Assembly (NCBI GenBank): GCA_963826475.1
Contig: CAWGXC010000002.1
Coordinates: forward strand, 72,541 to 136,540
Origin: an uncultured Solirubrobacterales bacterium
GTDB lineage: Bacteria > Actinomycetota > Thermoleophilia > Solirubrobacterales > 70-9
Length of the DNA stretch: 64,000 nucleotides
Direction: 5' to 3'
Every line of letters begins with the position of its first letter. Positions within the stretch are counted from its first letter, which is position 1. The notes beneath the pieces are model-generated. The model saw only the letters and a program-made list of their open reading frames with translations, ran no database searches and was not told where the DNA came from. Positions 18,199 through 28,439 of this stretch are shown one piece after another. The position numbers and the translations under genes are program-made.

Positions 18199-19343
18199 GG
18201 ATGGATGATCCCGCCGCCGCTGAGCCCGGGGGTCGCTTCGACGCCGGGAGCTGCGGGGTCCGGCAGCTCGAGATCGGCAGCCGTGAGCCTCCCCGCCTCG
18301 ATCGGCTTCACGCCGCGCTCGTCCTCCATCGGCTTGACCCAGATCTCATCGACCCCGATCACGATCAGCGAGAGGATCGGCACCGCGACGAACAGCCCCA
18401 GGAAGCCGAACAGCTGACCGACGATGACCACGCCGATCGCGACCACGGCGGGGTGAAGCTTGACCCGCTGTGCCATCACGAGCGGAATCGTCAGGTTGCT
18501 CTCGACCTGCTGCACGAAGACGTAGATCGCCAGGGCGAGGAGCGCCTTGCCGGGCGAGTCGGTGAGGGCGAAGAGCACCGGAGGGATTCCTCCCGCGATG
18601 GCGCCGAAGTACGGGATCAGCACGAGCAGGGCGGAGAGGACCGCGAAGACGATCGCGAAGTCGAGCCCGATCAGGCTGAGGCCGAGGTAGAGCAGGATCC
18701 CGGTCACGGCCATGTCGATCAGGACGCCCTGCATCCACCCGACCCAGGCGTCGCGCAACCGATCCATCACGCCGCTCGCCCAGAGTCGGCGCTCGGGCGG
18801 CAGCAACGAGAGTGCCCCTGCGATCAGCGGCTCTGGGCTGATCGCGATGTAGGCCGCGGTGAGCAGGATCAGGATCAGCGCCCCGATGATGCCCAGCACG
18901 TTGAGCCCGATCGACGCGAGCGGCCCGATCAGCTGCGCCGGGTCGTCGGTATAGCGCTGCAGGAAGCTCTGCAGGCTGTCGCCGACGTCCCCGGGGGAAG
19001 CGCCGATCGCGCCCCCGATCTGCTCCTGCAGCGAGTCGGTGATCGACGGCACCTCGTCGACGAAGAGCTGGGTCTCGTCGGCGAAGGGGGGGATGACGAG
19101 GATCAGAAGGCCGACGACCACGCCGACACCGACCAGCAGCCCGAGCAGGGCGCCCACCGGCCTCGGCACGCGGTACGCCTCCAGCCGCGTCGCGAGGGCC
19201 GAGAGGGGGATCGCGACCAGGACGGTGATCAGGATCGCGATCAGCAGGCTGATCAGCTGCTGGAAGAGGACGCTGAGGACGAGCAGGCCGAAGGCGAGCA
19301 GGACCGCCTTGATCGTCGGATGGAGGTCGCGCGGCGTCGGCAT
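18195..19343 (-). CDS. AI-2E family (PerM/UPF0118) transporter
   Basis: ATG at 19343 (MPTPRDLHPTIKAVLLAFGLLVLSV...). Eight-TM-like profile with the conserved IPYFGAIAGGIPPVLFAL segment. The listed ORF extends upstream into the antisense of the ABC gene. Confidence 0.8.
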   Translation of the reverse strand: MPTPRDLHPTIKAVLLAFGLLVLSVLFQQLISLLIAILITVLVAIPLSALATRLEAYRVPRPVGALLGLLVGVGVVVGLLILVIPPFADETQLFVDEVPSITDSLQEQIGGAIGASPGDVGDSLQSFLQRYTDDPAQLIGPLASIGLNVLGIIGALILILLTAAYIAISPEPLIAGALSLLPPERRLWASGVMDRLRDAWVGWMQGVLIDMAVTGILLYLGLSLIGLDFAIVFAVLSALLVLIPYFGAIAGGIPPVLFALTDSPGKALLALAIYVFVQQVESNLTIPLVMAQRVKLHPAVVAIGVVIVGQLFGFLGLFVAVPILSLIVIGVDEIWVKPMEDERGVKPIEAGRLTAADLELPDPAAPGVEATPGLSGGGIIHP

Positions 19344-19409
19344 GCCTTCACCAATACCCCACCGAGGGGCGAGGTTAAGCACGGATTGCGCTCTCCCTAA
19401 TCTTGAGGG

Positions 19410-20177
19410 ATGCGAACCACTCCCCCCGCTCTCACGATCTCCGGTCTCTCGAAGACCTATGACGATGGGACCGTCGGCCTCGACGGGCTCGACCTGGAGA
19501 TCCCCGCCGGCGAGTTCTTCGGCCTCCTCGGGCCGAACGGAGCCGGCAAGACGACCCTGATCAACGCCGTCTGCAACCTGATCCGGCTCAGCGGCGGGAC
19601 GATCAGCGTGTTCGGCCACGAGCACTTCTCGATGGAGGCCCGGCGGGTCGTCGGCGTCGCTGAGCAGGACCCGAACCTCGATCGTTTCCTGACCGTCCGC
19701 GAGTCCTTGATCTACCACGGCGGCTACTTCGGGATGACCAACGAGGACTCGGCCCGGCGCGCTGACGAGATGATCGACGTCTTCGACCTGCGGGCGAAGG
19801 CGGACACGCGGACGCCGAAGCTCTCCGGGGGCATGAAGCGCCGGCTGCTGCTCGCCCGCGCGCTTCTCCACGAGCCGCTACTCGTGATCCTCGACGAGCC
19901 GACCGCGGGCGTCGACGTCGAGCTGCGTCACGACCTCTGGCGCTACATCCGCAAGCTGCACGAGCAGGGGACGACGATCCTGCTGACCACCCACTACCTG
20001 GAGGAGGCGGAGTCCCTCTGTGAGGACATCGCGCTGATCTCGAAGGGGCAGATCATCGCCCGCGACACCCCCGACGGGCTCAAGCGGCGCTTCGGCGCCG
20101 ACTCCCTCGAGGAGGTCTACCTGCAGACCGTTTCGACCTCGCTGCCCCCGTCGATTCCCGCGGGGGCCGACGCATGA
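19410..20177 (+). CDS. ABC transporter ATP-binding protein
   Basis: Walker A GPNGAGKTT, signature LSGGMKRRL, Walker B LVILDEPT. TAATCT lies 6 nt upstream of the ATG. Confidence 0.9.
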   Translation: MRTTPPALTISGLSKTYDDGTVGLDGLDLEIPAGEFFGLLGPNGAGKTTLINAVCNLIRLSGGTISVFGHEHFSMEARRVVGVAEQDPNLDRFLTVRESLIYHGGYFGMTNEDSARRADEMIDVFDLRAKADTRTPKLSGGMKRRLLLARALLHEPLLVILDEPTAGVDVELRHDLWRYIRKLHEQGTTILLTTHYLEEAESLCEDIALISKGQIIARDTPDGLKRRFGADSLEEVYLQTVSTSLPPSIPAGADA

Positions 20178-20998
20178 GCGCCCCGACGAAGGTGCCCGCC
20201 GCGGCGACGGCCGCGGTCGCCGGGCTGTCGAAGCCCAACCCGGGCCGCTCGCTCCGGGCGCTTGCGCTGCGCGAGTGCCGGCGGGTCACCCGATTGTGGA
20301 CGCAGACGATCCTCGCCCCCGTCGTCTCCTCAGCCCTGTTCATCCTCGTCTTCGGGCTCTCGCTGGGGAGCCGGATCAAGTCGATCGAGGGCTTCGAGTA
20401 CGACGTCTTCATCGTCCCGGGCCTGATCGCGATGGCGATGGCGCAGGCCGCCTTCTCCAACAACTCCTCGACCCTGCTTCAGGCGCGCAACGACCGCTAC
20501 ATCAACGACGTGCTCGCCTCCCCGATGCATCCGTGGCAGATGAACCTCGGCTACGCGGTGGGCGGCTTCTTCCGGGCGATCGCGATCGGCGCGGCGCTGG
20601 TCGCCGTGGCGCTGCCGCTGACCGGCGTCCCCGTCCATCATCCGCTTCATCTTCTCGTCGCCATCCTGTTGCTGGTGACGCTGTTCGGCGCGCTCGGCAC
20701 CGTCGTCGGAATCTACGCGCAGACCTTCGACCACCACAGCTTCATCAACAACATCCTGATCCTGCCCCTGACGTTCCTCGGCGGCGTCTTCTACTCGATC
20801 AGCATCCTGCCCTCCCCCTGGCAGGAGATCTCCCACGCCAACCCGCTCTTCTACATGGTCAACGCGATCCGTTACGGGTTCCTCGGCACGAGCGACGTCA
20901 GCGTCGCGCTCTCGTTCGGCGTGACGGCCGTGATCGCGGCGGCGATGCTCGCCTGGTCGCAGTGGCTCTTCTCGAGCGGCCACAAGCTGAAGCCGTAG
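20174..20998 (+). CDS. ABC-2 type transporter permease
   Basis: ATGA overlap with the ATPase gene. Six hydrophobic segments and a typical ABC-2 C-terminal region. Confidence 0.85.
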   Translation: MSAPTKVPAAATAAVAGLSKPNPGRSLRALALRECRRVTRLWTQTILAPVVSSALFILVFGLSLGSRIKSIEGFEYDVFIVPGLIAMAMAQAAFSNNSSTLLQARNDRYINDVLASPMHPWQMNLGYAVGGFFRAIAIGAALVAVALPLTGVPVHHPLHLLVAILLLVTLFGALGTVVGIYAQTFDHHSFINNILILPLTFLGGVFYSISILPSPWQEISHANPLFYMVNAIRYGFLGTSDVSVALSFGVTAVIAAAMLAWSQWLFSSGHKLKP

Positions 20999-21760
20999 AT
21001 GCCGGAAGGCGACACGATCCACCGCGCGGCGCGCAAGATCCACGTCGCCCTCGTCGGCAAGCCGATGCAGCGCGCCGAGGCCCCGAGCCCACGCTCACCG
21101 ATCCACAACCGCGGCTCCGAGCTGGCCGGCAGCGTGCTCGAACGCGCCGAGGCACGCGGCAAGCACCTCCTCCTGCACTTCTCGAACGACCGCGTGATCC
21201 ACAGCCACCTGGGGATGAACGGCCGCTGGTTCGTCCGCGCGGACGGCCGGCTGCCCTACGGGAAACCGTGGCTCGTGCTCGCCTCCGGCCACGGCGTAGC
21301 GAGCCAGAACGGCGGCAAGATCCTGCGCCTGGTCTCGGCCTCTCGCGCCCGCAATGACCCGGCGCTGCTGCAGCTCGGGCCCGATCCGCTCCGCCCGGAG
21401 TTCGACTCCGAGGCGGCGACGGCGCGACTGCTCGCCTATGAGCCCTCGGCCGCGGTCGGCGAGGCGCTCAACGACCAGTCGCTGATCGCCGGGATCGGCA
21501 ACGTGATCCGGATCGAGGCCTGCTTCCTGCCGAGGATCAGCCCCTGGCGCAAGGTTGGGGACCTGACGGAGGAGGAGGCTCGCGCGATCGTCAACGCGGC
21601 GAGCTGGGTGATGGAGACCTCGATGGCCCGAGGGAGCCGCCCCAAGCAGATCTACGGCCGCGCGCGACGTCCGTGCCCCCGCTGCGGTGGCCGGATCCTG
21701 ACTCATGGCCAAGGGGACGACAACCGGGTCACCTTCTGGTGCGAGTCCTGCCAGCGGTAG
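20999..21760 (+). CDS. nei: Fpg/Nei family DNA glycosylase (endonuclease VIII-like)
   Basis: N-terminal MPEGDT catalytic motif, H2TH region and a C-terminal zinc finger CPRCGG...WCESC. It starts immediately after the permease TAG. Confidence 0.85.
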   Translation: MPEGDTIHRAARKIHVALVGKPMQRAEAPSPRSPIHNRGSELAGSVLERAEARGKHLLLHFSNDRVIHSHLGMNGRWFVRADGRLPYGKPWLVLASGHGVASQNGGKILRLVSASRARNDPALLQLGPDPLRPEFDSEAATARLLAYEPSAAVGEALNDQSLIAGIGNVIRIEACFLPRISPWRKVGDLTEEEARAIVNAASWVMETSMARGSRPKQIYGRARRPCPRCGGRILTHGQGDDNRVTFWCESCQR

Positions 21761-21874
21761 GTGTCCCACCGCCTCACGCCGGGGCTGGGCCGTCCCCCGT
21801 TCGCCAGCGTCGACGGCTCGGGCACAGCCTGGCGTAGCTCCCGAGGGTGCGCCAGGCGCGATAATCCCCTCGCG

Positions 21875-22567
21875 ATGGGGGAGGAGCCCACCACAGCTGC
21901 CGAGTTGCTTGCTCGCGTCCCGCTGCTCTCCGACCTCGAGGCCGGAGAGCTGGAGCGGATCGCACAGGTAGCGATTCCACGCTCATTTCCGAAGGGGGCG
22001 CGCGTCTTCCACGAGGGCGATCGCAGCGACGCCTGCTACGTCATCCGCGAGGGCGAGGTGCGCGTCACCCGTGAGCATTCCGACGGCCGCGCGATCGCGC
22101 TGGCGACGCTCGGGCCGGGCGAGCTTGTCGGCGAGCTGGCGATGCTCGACGGGGGCGTGCGCTCGGCGAGCGTCGAGGCGCTGACCGACATCGAGCTCCT
22201 CGCGGTTTCCGCCGCTGACATGAAGGGATTGCTCGAGCGCAACGCCGACATCACCACCAAGCTCGTAGTCGCGCTCGCCCAACGGCTTCGGGAGACGAAC
22301 GAGCGGATCAGCCGCCAGTCCTTTCAGACGGTGCCCAGTCGCGTAGCCGGGGTGCTCTCGCAGCTCGTCTCCGCCGACAGCGCCGAGCCGGGTCGCGATG
22401 GCGTGACCATCCGGATGAACCAGGCCGATCTCGCGCAGCTGGCCGGCACGTCGCGGGAGAGCGTCAGCCGCTTCCTGGCGATCCTCGAGCGCGCCGGCGT
22501 GGTTCGCGTCGGTCGCGGCCGGGTCACAGTGCTCGAGCCACCGCGCCTGCGGGCCTACATCTTCTGA
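21875..22567 (+). CDS. Crp/Fnr family transcriptional regulator
   Basis: The ATG at 21875 is in frame with listed ORF 21761... cNMP-binding domain (FPKGARVFHEGDRSDACYVIREGEV, GELAMLDGGVRSASV) and C-terminal HTH (ADLAQLAGTSRESVSRFL). Confidence 0.85.
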   Translation: MGEEPTTAAELLARVPLLSDLEAGELERIAQVAIPRSFPKGARVFHEGDRSDACYVIREGEVRVTREHSDGRAIALATLGPGELVGELAMLDGGVRSASVEALTDIELLAVSAADMKGLLERNADITTKLVVALAQRLRETNERISRQSFQTVPSRVAGVLSQLVSADSAEPGRDGVTIRMNQADLAQLAGTSRESVSRFLAILERAGVVRVGRGRVTVLEPPRLRAYIF

Positions 22568-22571
22568 GCCG

Positions 22572-23234
22572 ATGATCGCGGCGGGGGAGCGCGCGCGGAT
22601 GGTCGAGAGGCAGCTGCGCCGTCGTGGCATAGCCGACGAGCGGGTGCTGGCGGCGATGGGTGAGGTCGAGCGGGAGCTCTTCGTCCCGGACGCGCAGCGC
22701 GAGGTCGCCTATTCCGATGCCGCGCTCTCGATCGGCTCCGACCAGACCATCTCGCAACCCTGGATCGTCGCGGCGATCTGCCAGGCGCTCGCCCTGCAGG
22801 GCGATGAGACGGTGCTCGAGATCGGCGGAGGCAGCGGTTACTCCGCGGCCGTGCTCGCGCGCCTCGCCGCGCGGGTGATCTCGGTGGAGCTCCTCCCGGA
22901 GCTGGCCGAGCGAGCACGCCGGGCGCTGAAGGTGGCGGGCGTTGGGCCCGACCGGGTCGAGGTCCTCATCGGGGACGGATCCCTCGGTCACCCGGGGCGA
23001 GCGCCCTACCCGGCGATCGCGGTCCACGCCACGGCGCCTGCGCCCCCCGCGACCCTGCTGGCGCAGCTCGCCGCCGGCGGCCGGCTGGTCGCGCCGGTCG
23101 CCACGGAAGGCGGCGAGGAACTGACCCTCTTCGCTCGCGACAGCGAGCCGGGTGGGCGTCTGCGCAGTCTGCGGCTCGCGTCGTGTCGCTTCGTGCCGCT
23201 CCTCGGAGCCGAGGGTTACCCGGCCGGGCGTTAG
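22572..23234 (+). CDS. pcm: protein-L-isoaspartate O-methyltransferase
   Basis: QTISQPWIVA and VLEIGGGSGYSAAVLA SAM-binding motifs. Confidence 0.85.
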   Translation: MIAAGERARMVERQLRRRGIADERVLAAMGEVERELFVPDAQREVAYSDAALSIGSDQTISQPWIVAAICQALALQGDETVLEIGGGSGYSAAVLARLAARVISVELLPELAERARRALKVAGVGPDRVEVLIGDGSLGHPGRAPYPAIAVHATAPAPPATLLAQLAAGGRLVAPVATEGGEELTLFARDSEPGGRLRSLRLASCRFVPLLGAEGYPAGR

Positions 23235-23276
23235 CCCCATCCGGGGTTCGCGGCGTTTCCGGATACGCTCCCACCG

Positions 23277-23678
23277 GTGAGCGCCCTCTACGTCCTCAAC
23301 TTCTACTCGCCGGTCTTCGTCGATCAGCTCAAACGGGGGCGCAAGACGGCGACGATCAGGCTCGGCGACAAGAGCCGCAAGTACGGGCGCGGCCAGGTCG
23401 TCTGGATCACCGTCGGCTACCGGCATGGTCCGCGCGAGAAGATCTTCGCCGCGGTCATCGATGACGTCGAGGTGAAGAAGGTCTCCGAGATCTCCCCACG
23501 GGACATCGAGCACGATACGCCCGAGTTCCGGCGCCTCGAGGACACCGTCAACTTCCTCGAGCAGATCTACAGCCGCGAGATCGAGCCCGAGGACATCGTC
23601 ACCGTCATCCGCTTCTCGCAGATCGTCGAACGCCCGCAGGGCAACTTCGGCAACGGTGAGCCCCCCTCCCAGAATTAG
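23277..23678 (+). CDS. ASCH domain-containing protein
   Basis: 133 aa, GTG start. GRKTATIRLGD and GQVVWI segments are typical of ASCH/PUA-like domains. Confidence 0.55.
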   Translation: MSALYVLNFYSPVFVDQLKRGRKTATIRLGDKSRKYGRGQVVWITVGYRHGPREKIFAAVIDDVEVKKVSEISPRDIEHDTPEFRRLEDTVNFLEQIYSREIEPEDIVTVIRFSQIVERPQGNFGNGEPPSQN

Positions 23679-24144
23679 GTACGAGTTCCTGACCACGTGG
23701 CTGCTCGACGCACCACGTGAGGACGTCTGGGACGCGATCTGGGAGTCCGACGCGTGGCCCGAGTGGTGGCGAGGCGTCGTCGAGGCGGTCGAGACGCATC
23801 CAGGCGCTGCCTGCGGGATCGGTCGCAGCGGTCATTACGTGTGGCGCAGCCGGGTCCCCTATCCGGTCCGCTTCGACGTGGTCGCGACGCGGGTCGAACC
23901 ACCGCACCTGCTCGAGGGTGAAGCCAGCGGTGAGCTCGAAGGGACCGGGCTCTGGCGCCTGTTCGAGGACGATGGCGTGACCGCGGTGCTCTACGAGTGG
24001 AACGTGCGCACGAGGAAGCCGTGGATGAACGCCGTCGCGCCGATCGCGCGTCCGTTCTTCCGCTGGAACCACGATCAGATCATGGGTTGGGGCGGGGAGG
24101 GCCTGGCTCGGCACCTGGGTTGCCGACTCCTCGCCGGCGGTTGA
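23656..24144 (+). CDS. SRPBCC (START/polyketide-cyclase-like) family protein
   Basis: APREDVWDAIWESDAWPEWWRGV is a typical SRPBCC opening. GTG start overlapping the ASCH gene by 23 nt. Confidence 0.6.
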   Translation: MSPPPRIRYEFLTTWLLDAPREDVWDAIWESDAWPEWWRGVVEAVETHPGAACGIGRSGHYVWRSRVPYPVRFDVVATRVEPPHLLEGEASGELEGTGLWRLFEDDGVTAVLYEWNVRTRKPWMNAVAPIARPFFRWNHDQIMGWGGEGLARHLGCRLLAGG

Positions 24145-24155
24145 GCCGGGCGAGC

Positions 24156-25442
24156 TCAGCCGCCGGCGATGACCGGCCCCTCGTGGGCGCGCCTTCGATC
24201 CTCGGGCTGATCGAAGGCCCCGTCGACCATCTTCTCGAGCAGCCGCGCCTGCTCCTCGACCGCCGCGGCACGGCAGGCGGGCAGCCGGCGGCGGAGGTCG
24301 CTGAGCATCCCGTTGAGTCGACGCGCAACCTGCAGCGATTCCGCTCCATAGAGGCGGATCTCCTCGGTGCCGAGGCGCACGAAGTCCTCCCAGGTGTCAA
24401 CCGGGCCGAACACGAGCAGGTCGCCGCCGTCGCTCCTGACCACCCCCGAGCGCAAGCTCTTCGAACCGAGGCGCAGCAACAGGTCGTGGATGTGATCGAT
24501 CGCCTGCACGGCGGTCGTCGGGTCGTTGACCCCCGGCGAGAGGGCGCGCGCCGCGATGTCCACGAGCTGGCGGATGCCGAAGGCGGGGTCCTGGCTGGCG
24601 GAACGCTCGCGCGAGCTGCCGACCAGCTTCTTCACGCTCGAGCTCTCGATCGTCTCGTCGGACCCGTGGATCGTGATCGCCGGCGCTCCCTCCGGGAGGA
24701 AGTCCCCGATCTTGAAGAGCAGCTCGATCGTCACGCCACGTTGCTCGGCCAGCTGCGCGAGGCCCCGCATGTCCACCGCGATCACGACGCCCGGCGGACG
24801 GTGCCAGCTCACCGCCGCCGTCGGCTCGGACGTGCTCCGGGACCCGAGATCAGCTCGAGCGCGGGAGCGGTCGTCCTCCTCCGCGCCCGCCGGGCCCCAG
24901 TCAGCCTGGGCATCGATCTCACGTCGCGAATCGGCCGCCGCTCGCTCGACGATGTTCGCGATCCGCAGCGACTGCGCGACCGAGCTGACGTAGTAGATGA
25001 ACGCGACGACCGCGGCGATGGCCATCACGGTCGCCACCGTCACCGAGATCTCCGGGACGCTGCCCGGGCTGACGTCGCGCAGCACCAGCACCGAGTAGGT
25101 GAAGGTGGCGACGAACAACGCCAGCGCGACCTTGCTGGGCCGGTCGGTGAGGAAGTGGCGCAGGAGGCGGGAGGAGAAGTTGGTCGCCAACTGCAGCGCC
25201 ACGACCGTCAGCGTGAACGAGAGGGCGAGGAAGGTGAGCATCGAGGCGGCAATCGTCGAGAGGATCGACCGGGCGCTCTGGTCCTCACCGCCGAAGCCGA
25301 CGATGGCGCTCCGCCCCAGGGTCGCGTGGTCGTCGAGGGCGAGGCTCGCGGTCGCCAGCAGCAGCGCGGCGACCAGTCCGACCAGTGGTGCGATCCAGAG
25401 CGTCTCCTGCGCCCGCTCGCGCAGCTGTGCGATTCGCCCCAT
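24156..25442 (-). CDS. DUF2254-like membrane protein
   Basis: ATG at 25442 (MGRIAQLRERAQETLWIAPLVGLVAALLLA...). Four N-terminal TM helices followed by a soluble domain. Confidence 0.6.
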   Translation of the reverse strand: MGRIAQLRERAQETLWIAPLVGLVAALLLATASLALDDHATLGRSAIVGFGGEDQSARSILSTIAASMLTFLALSFTLTVVALQLATNFSSRLLRHFLTDRPSKVALALFVATFTYSVLVLRDVSPGSVPEISVTVATVMAIAAVVAFIYYVSSVAQSLRIANIVERAAADSRREIDAQADWGPAGAEEDDRSRARADLGSRSTSEPTAAVSWHRPPGVVIAVDMRGLAQLAEQRGVTIELLFKIGDFLPEGAPAITIHGSDETIESSSVKKLVGSSRERSASQDPAFGIRQLVDIAARALSPGVNDPTTAVQAIDHIHDLLLRLGSKSLRSGVVRSDGGDLLVFGPVDTWEDFVRLGTEEIRLYGAESLQVARRLNGMLSDLRRRLPACRAAAVEEQARLLEKMVDGAFDQPEDRRRAHEGPVIAGG

Positions 25443-25532
25443 CGCAGAATCGTGGCCGCGCCGCCGGACGTCGCAGGGATGCACGGATATGCTCGGCCCC
25501 CCGCTCATCTATGCCGTTCTGCGGAGGACGCG

Positions 25533-28439
25533 ATGACCACCGCCAGGGAGCTCGTAGGACGCAGCGACGAAGTGAGCGAGATCGACGCCGCGCTCGAGCG
25601 GCTGGGCGCGGGAGCCGGGACCTTTCTCGGCATCGCCGGCGATCCCGGGATCGGCAAGACCGCGCTGCTCTCCGAGCTGCGCACCCGCGCCGACGCCGCG
25701 GGTCACGTCGTGCTTGCGGGCAGCGCCGCCGAGTTCGACCGGGAGCTCCCGTTCGCCGTCTTCCTGGATGCGCTCGACGCTTATCTCGGCTCGTTGGATC
25801 ACGGCCGGCTCCACATCCGTGGGCTCGGCGATCTCGCCGAGCTGGGCGCGATCTTCCCGTCGCTGGCGGATTTCGCCGCTGGTGCGGAAGGGGGTTTCGA
25901 GCGCCACCGTGCCCACCGCGCGCTGGCCGATCTGCTGTCCGGGCTCGCCGCGGGCCGCGGGCTGGTCGTCGTCCTCGACGACCTGCACTGGACCGATGCG
26001 GCGTCGCTGGAGGTCCTGCTTGCGTTCTGCCGTCGTCCCCCAACCGGGGCCGTTCTGATCGCGGGGGCCTATCGCCCTCAGGAGGCGGTGGCGGAGCTTC
26101 ACGATTCCCTCGCGCTCGGAGAGGCCGCAGGCTCGGCGGTCCTCCTGCGGCCGGGCCCGCTGTCGGACGCGGAGGCAACGGGCCTGATCGCAGTCGATCG
26201 TCCGACTCCGATCCGGGTGAGGATGCTCGCGATCGCAGCCGGAAACCCGTTCTACCTGGAGCAGCTTGAGCGAACCCCACCTCCCGTGGGCAGCACCGCC
26301 GACGACGAGTTGCTCGAGGGAGGCTTCCACCTGCCTGCGGCCATCGGAGCGTCGCTCGCCGAAGAGGTGCGGGGGGTGAGCCCCGAAACCAGGCGCCTCC
26401 TCGAGGGAGCGGCCGTGGCGGGAGAGCCGTTCCGGCTCGGGCTTGCGGCGGACGTCGCAGAGGTCGACCGCGCCGACGCGCTCGATCACATCGACGAGGC
26501 CATCGCCGCGGGCCTCGTGCTCCCGGGCAGCGCGCCGAGCCAGTTCGCGTTCCGCCATCCCCTCGTTCGCCGAGCGGTCTACGCGGGCACCGGCGAGGGC
26601 TGGCGGCTCGCGGCCCACGGTCGCGCCGCCGCCGTGCTCGGGGCTCAGGGCGCGGATCCCGTCACCCGGGCTCGCCATCTCGCGATCAGCGCGGAGCCGG
26701 GTGACCGCGAGGCGATGGCGCTACTCAGGGAAGCCGCCGCCAGATCCGTCTCCCGAGCGCCGCGATCCGCGGCCCGATGGCTGCAGGCGGCGCTCGGGCT
26801 CGCGCCGGACGCCGCGCTCACCGACCGGCGAGCGATGCTCGCGTCCCTCGGCAAGGCACTGCTCGCCGCCGGAATGTTCGACCAGGCGGTGGACGCCATG
26901 ACCGAAGCGGTCGATCTGCTCGGCGGCGAGACGGACCCCGCGCTGGTGATCGACCTCGCGGAGATCGAGCAGTGGACGGGTCGTCTCAACGTCGCCATCG
27001 ACCGGCTTGACCGACTCCGCGCCGACCCCGACCTCGACCCGATCGCGGTGGCCGATCTCGAGTTGAGGTTGCTCTACCTTCGCCGCTGGAACTCCGAGCA
27101 CGGATTGGCCTACGAGCACGGTCAGCGGGCTCTCGCGGCCGCCGTGGAAAACGACGTCGCGTCGGTCCTCGCAGGCGTACGCGCGGCGTTCGCCGAGGTC
27201 ACCGCAAACTACGACGTCGCCGCTGCGCTGACGCAATATCGTGATGCGGAGCTGCTCGTGGCGAAGCTTCCGGACGCGGACCTCCCGGCGGCCCTCGATG
27301 CCTTCTACTCCCTTGGCTGGGCGGCGATCCACCTCGAGCTCTACGACGAGGCACTGGCTCACTTCTCACGCGGCCTCGCGGTCGCCCGCGGTGCCGGGAG
27401 CGTCCGGCACCTCGTGGTGTTCCGCTGCGACTCCGTCGAGGCGCTGATTCGGGCGGGTCGGGTGCGGGAGGCGATTCGCCAGGCGGAGGAGGCGATCGAG
27501 ATCGCTCGCGGCTTCGGCGGCGAGAGGACCCGCTGGACGAGGTTCCTCTGGTACCCGCTCTGGACCCTGACCACGGCGCTGAGCCGGTGCGGCGAGTACG
27601 AGCGAGGAAAGGTGGTCCTGGCCGAGGCGGAGTCCGTCCGGGACCCATCCGGGCAGCCGCTGAGTGGCATGTTGATGAAGTACCAAGAGGCCGCAATCCA
27701 CTCGGCGCTCGGTGCCCACGAGGCGGCGCTCGAATGCCTTGCGGAGGCGTTCGGCGAAGCCGGTCACGCGATGGTGCCTCTCGGCGTGCGGCCCCCCGCC
27801 TGGGAGATCCTGATTCGGGAGGCGCTCGCCCGGGACGACCAGACGGCCGCCGAGGAGGTGCTCACGGAGGCGATCGATGCCTCCGGCAGCTCGGGCATGG
27901 CGCGGGTCCGCTCAGCAGTCGCGCGGATGGAGGCCTCGGTCCTCGGCGCGCGCGGGGATCGGCCCGGTGCCATCGCAGCGGCGCGGCGCGCGGTGGCGTT
28001 CGGCGAGGAGTGCGGCGCGGCGCTCGACGCTCAGCGCGGGCGGCTGGCGCTCGGGGTGCTGCTCGCGGCGGAGGGGGATCGCAAGGCCGCGGCCAGGGAG
28101 CTCGCCGTGGCCGAAGAGATCCTCGAGGGCCTCGGAGCGGAGGCCTACCGGGCCCAGGCGGCTCGCGAGCTGCGGAAGCTGGGGCGTCGCACTCCGGCGC
28201 GGCGGCGCCCGTCCGGCCAGACGAGCGCCGACGATGGCGAGCTCGACCAGCTCAGCGGACGTGAGCGCGAGATCGCGGAGCTGGTCGCCGACCAGCTGAC
28301 GAATCGGCAGATCGCCGAGCGCCTCTACCTGTCGGAGAAGACTGTCGAATCGCATCTCCGCAACATCTTCGGGAAGCTCGGCGTGGCGTCACGCGTCGCG
28401 GTCGCGCAGGCGATCGAGCGGCAACGCATCACGAGATGA
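25533..28439 (+). CDS. LAL-type (large ATP-binding) LuxR family transcriptional regulator
   Basis: ATG at 25533 with a GGAGGA RBS. Walker A GDPGIGKTALL, long TPR-like middle region and a C-terminal LuxR HTH (LSGREREIAELVADQLTNRQIAERLYLSEKTVESHLRNIFGKLG). The listed ORF 23997.. is an antisense-derived extension. Confidence 0.85.
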   Translation: MTTARELVGRSDEVSEIDAALERLGAGAGTFLGIAGDPGIGKTALLSELRTRADAAGHVVLAGSAAEFDRELPFAVFLDALDAYLGSLDHGRLHIRGLGDLAELGAIFPSLADFAAGAEGGFERHRAHRALADLLSGLAAGRGLVVVLDDLHWTDAASLEVLLAFCRRPPTGAVLIAGAYRPQEAVAELHDSLALGEAAGSAVLLRPGPLSDAEATGLIAVDRPTPIRVRMLAIAAGNPFYLEQLERTPPPVGSTADDELLEGGFHLPAAIGASLAEEVRGVSPETRRLLEGAAVAGEPFRLGLAADVAEVDRADALDHIDEAIAAGLVLPGSAPSQFAFRHPLVRRAVYAGTGEGWRLAAHGRAAAVLGAQGADPVTRARHLAISAEPGDREAMALLREAAARSVSRAPRSAARWLQAALGLAPDAALTDRRAMLASLGKALLAAGMFDQAVDAMTEAVDLLGGETDPALVIDLAEIEQWTGRLNVAIDRLDRLRADPDLDPIAVADLELRLLYLRRWNSEHGLAYEHGQRALAAAVENDVASVLAGVRAAFAEVTANYDVAAALTQYRDAELLVAKLPDADLPAALDAFYSLGWAAIHLELYDEALAHFSRGLAVARGAGSVRHLVVFRCDSVEALIRAGRVREAIRQAEEAIEIARGFGGERTRWTRFLWYPLWTLTTALSRCGEYERGKVVLAEAESVRDPSGQPLSGMLMKYQEAAIHSALGAHEAALECLAEAFGEAGHAMVPLGVRPPAWEILIREALARDDQTAAEEVLTEAIDASGSSGMARVRSAVARMEASVLGARGDRPGAIAAARRAVAFGEECGAALDAQRGRLALGVLLAAEGDRKAAARELAVAEEILEGLGAEAYRAQAARELRKLGRRTPARRRPSGQTSADDGELDQLSGREREIAELVADQLTNRQIAERLYLSEKTVESHLRNIFGKLGVASRVAVAQAIERQRITR

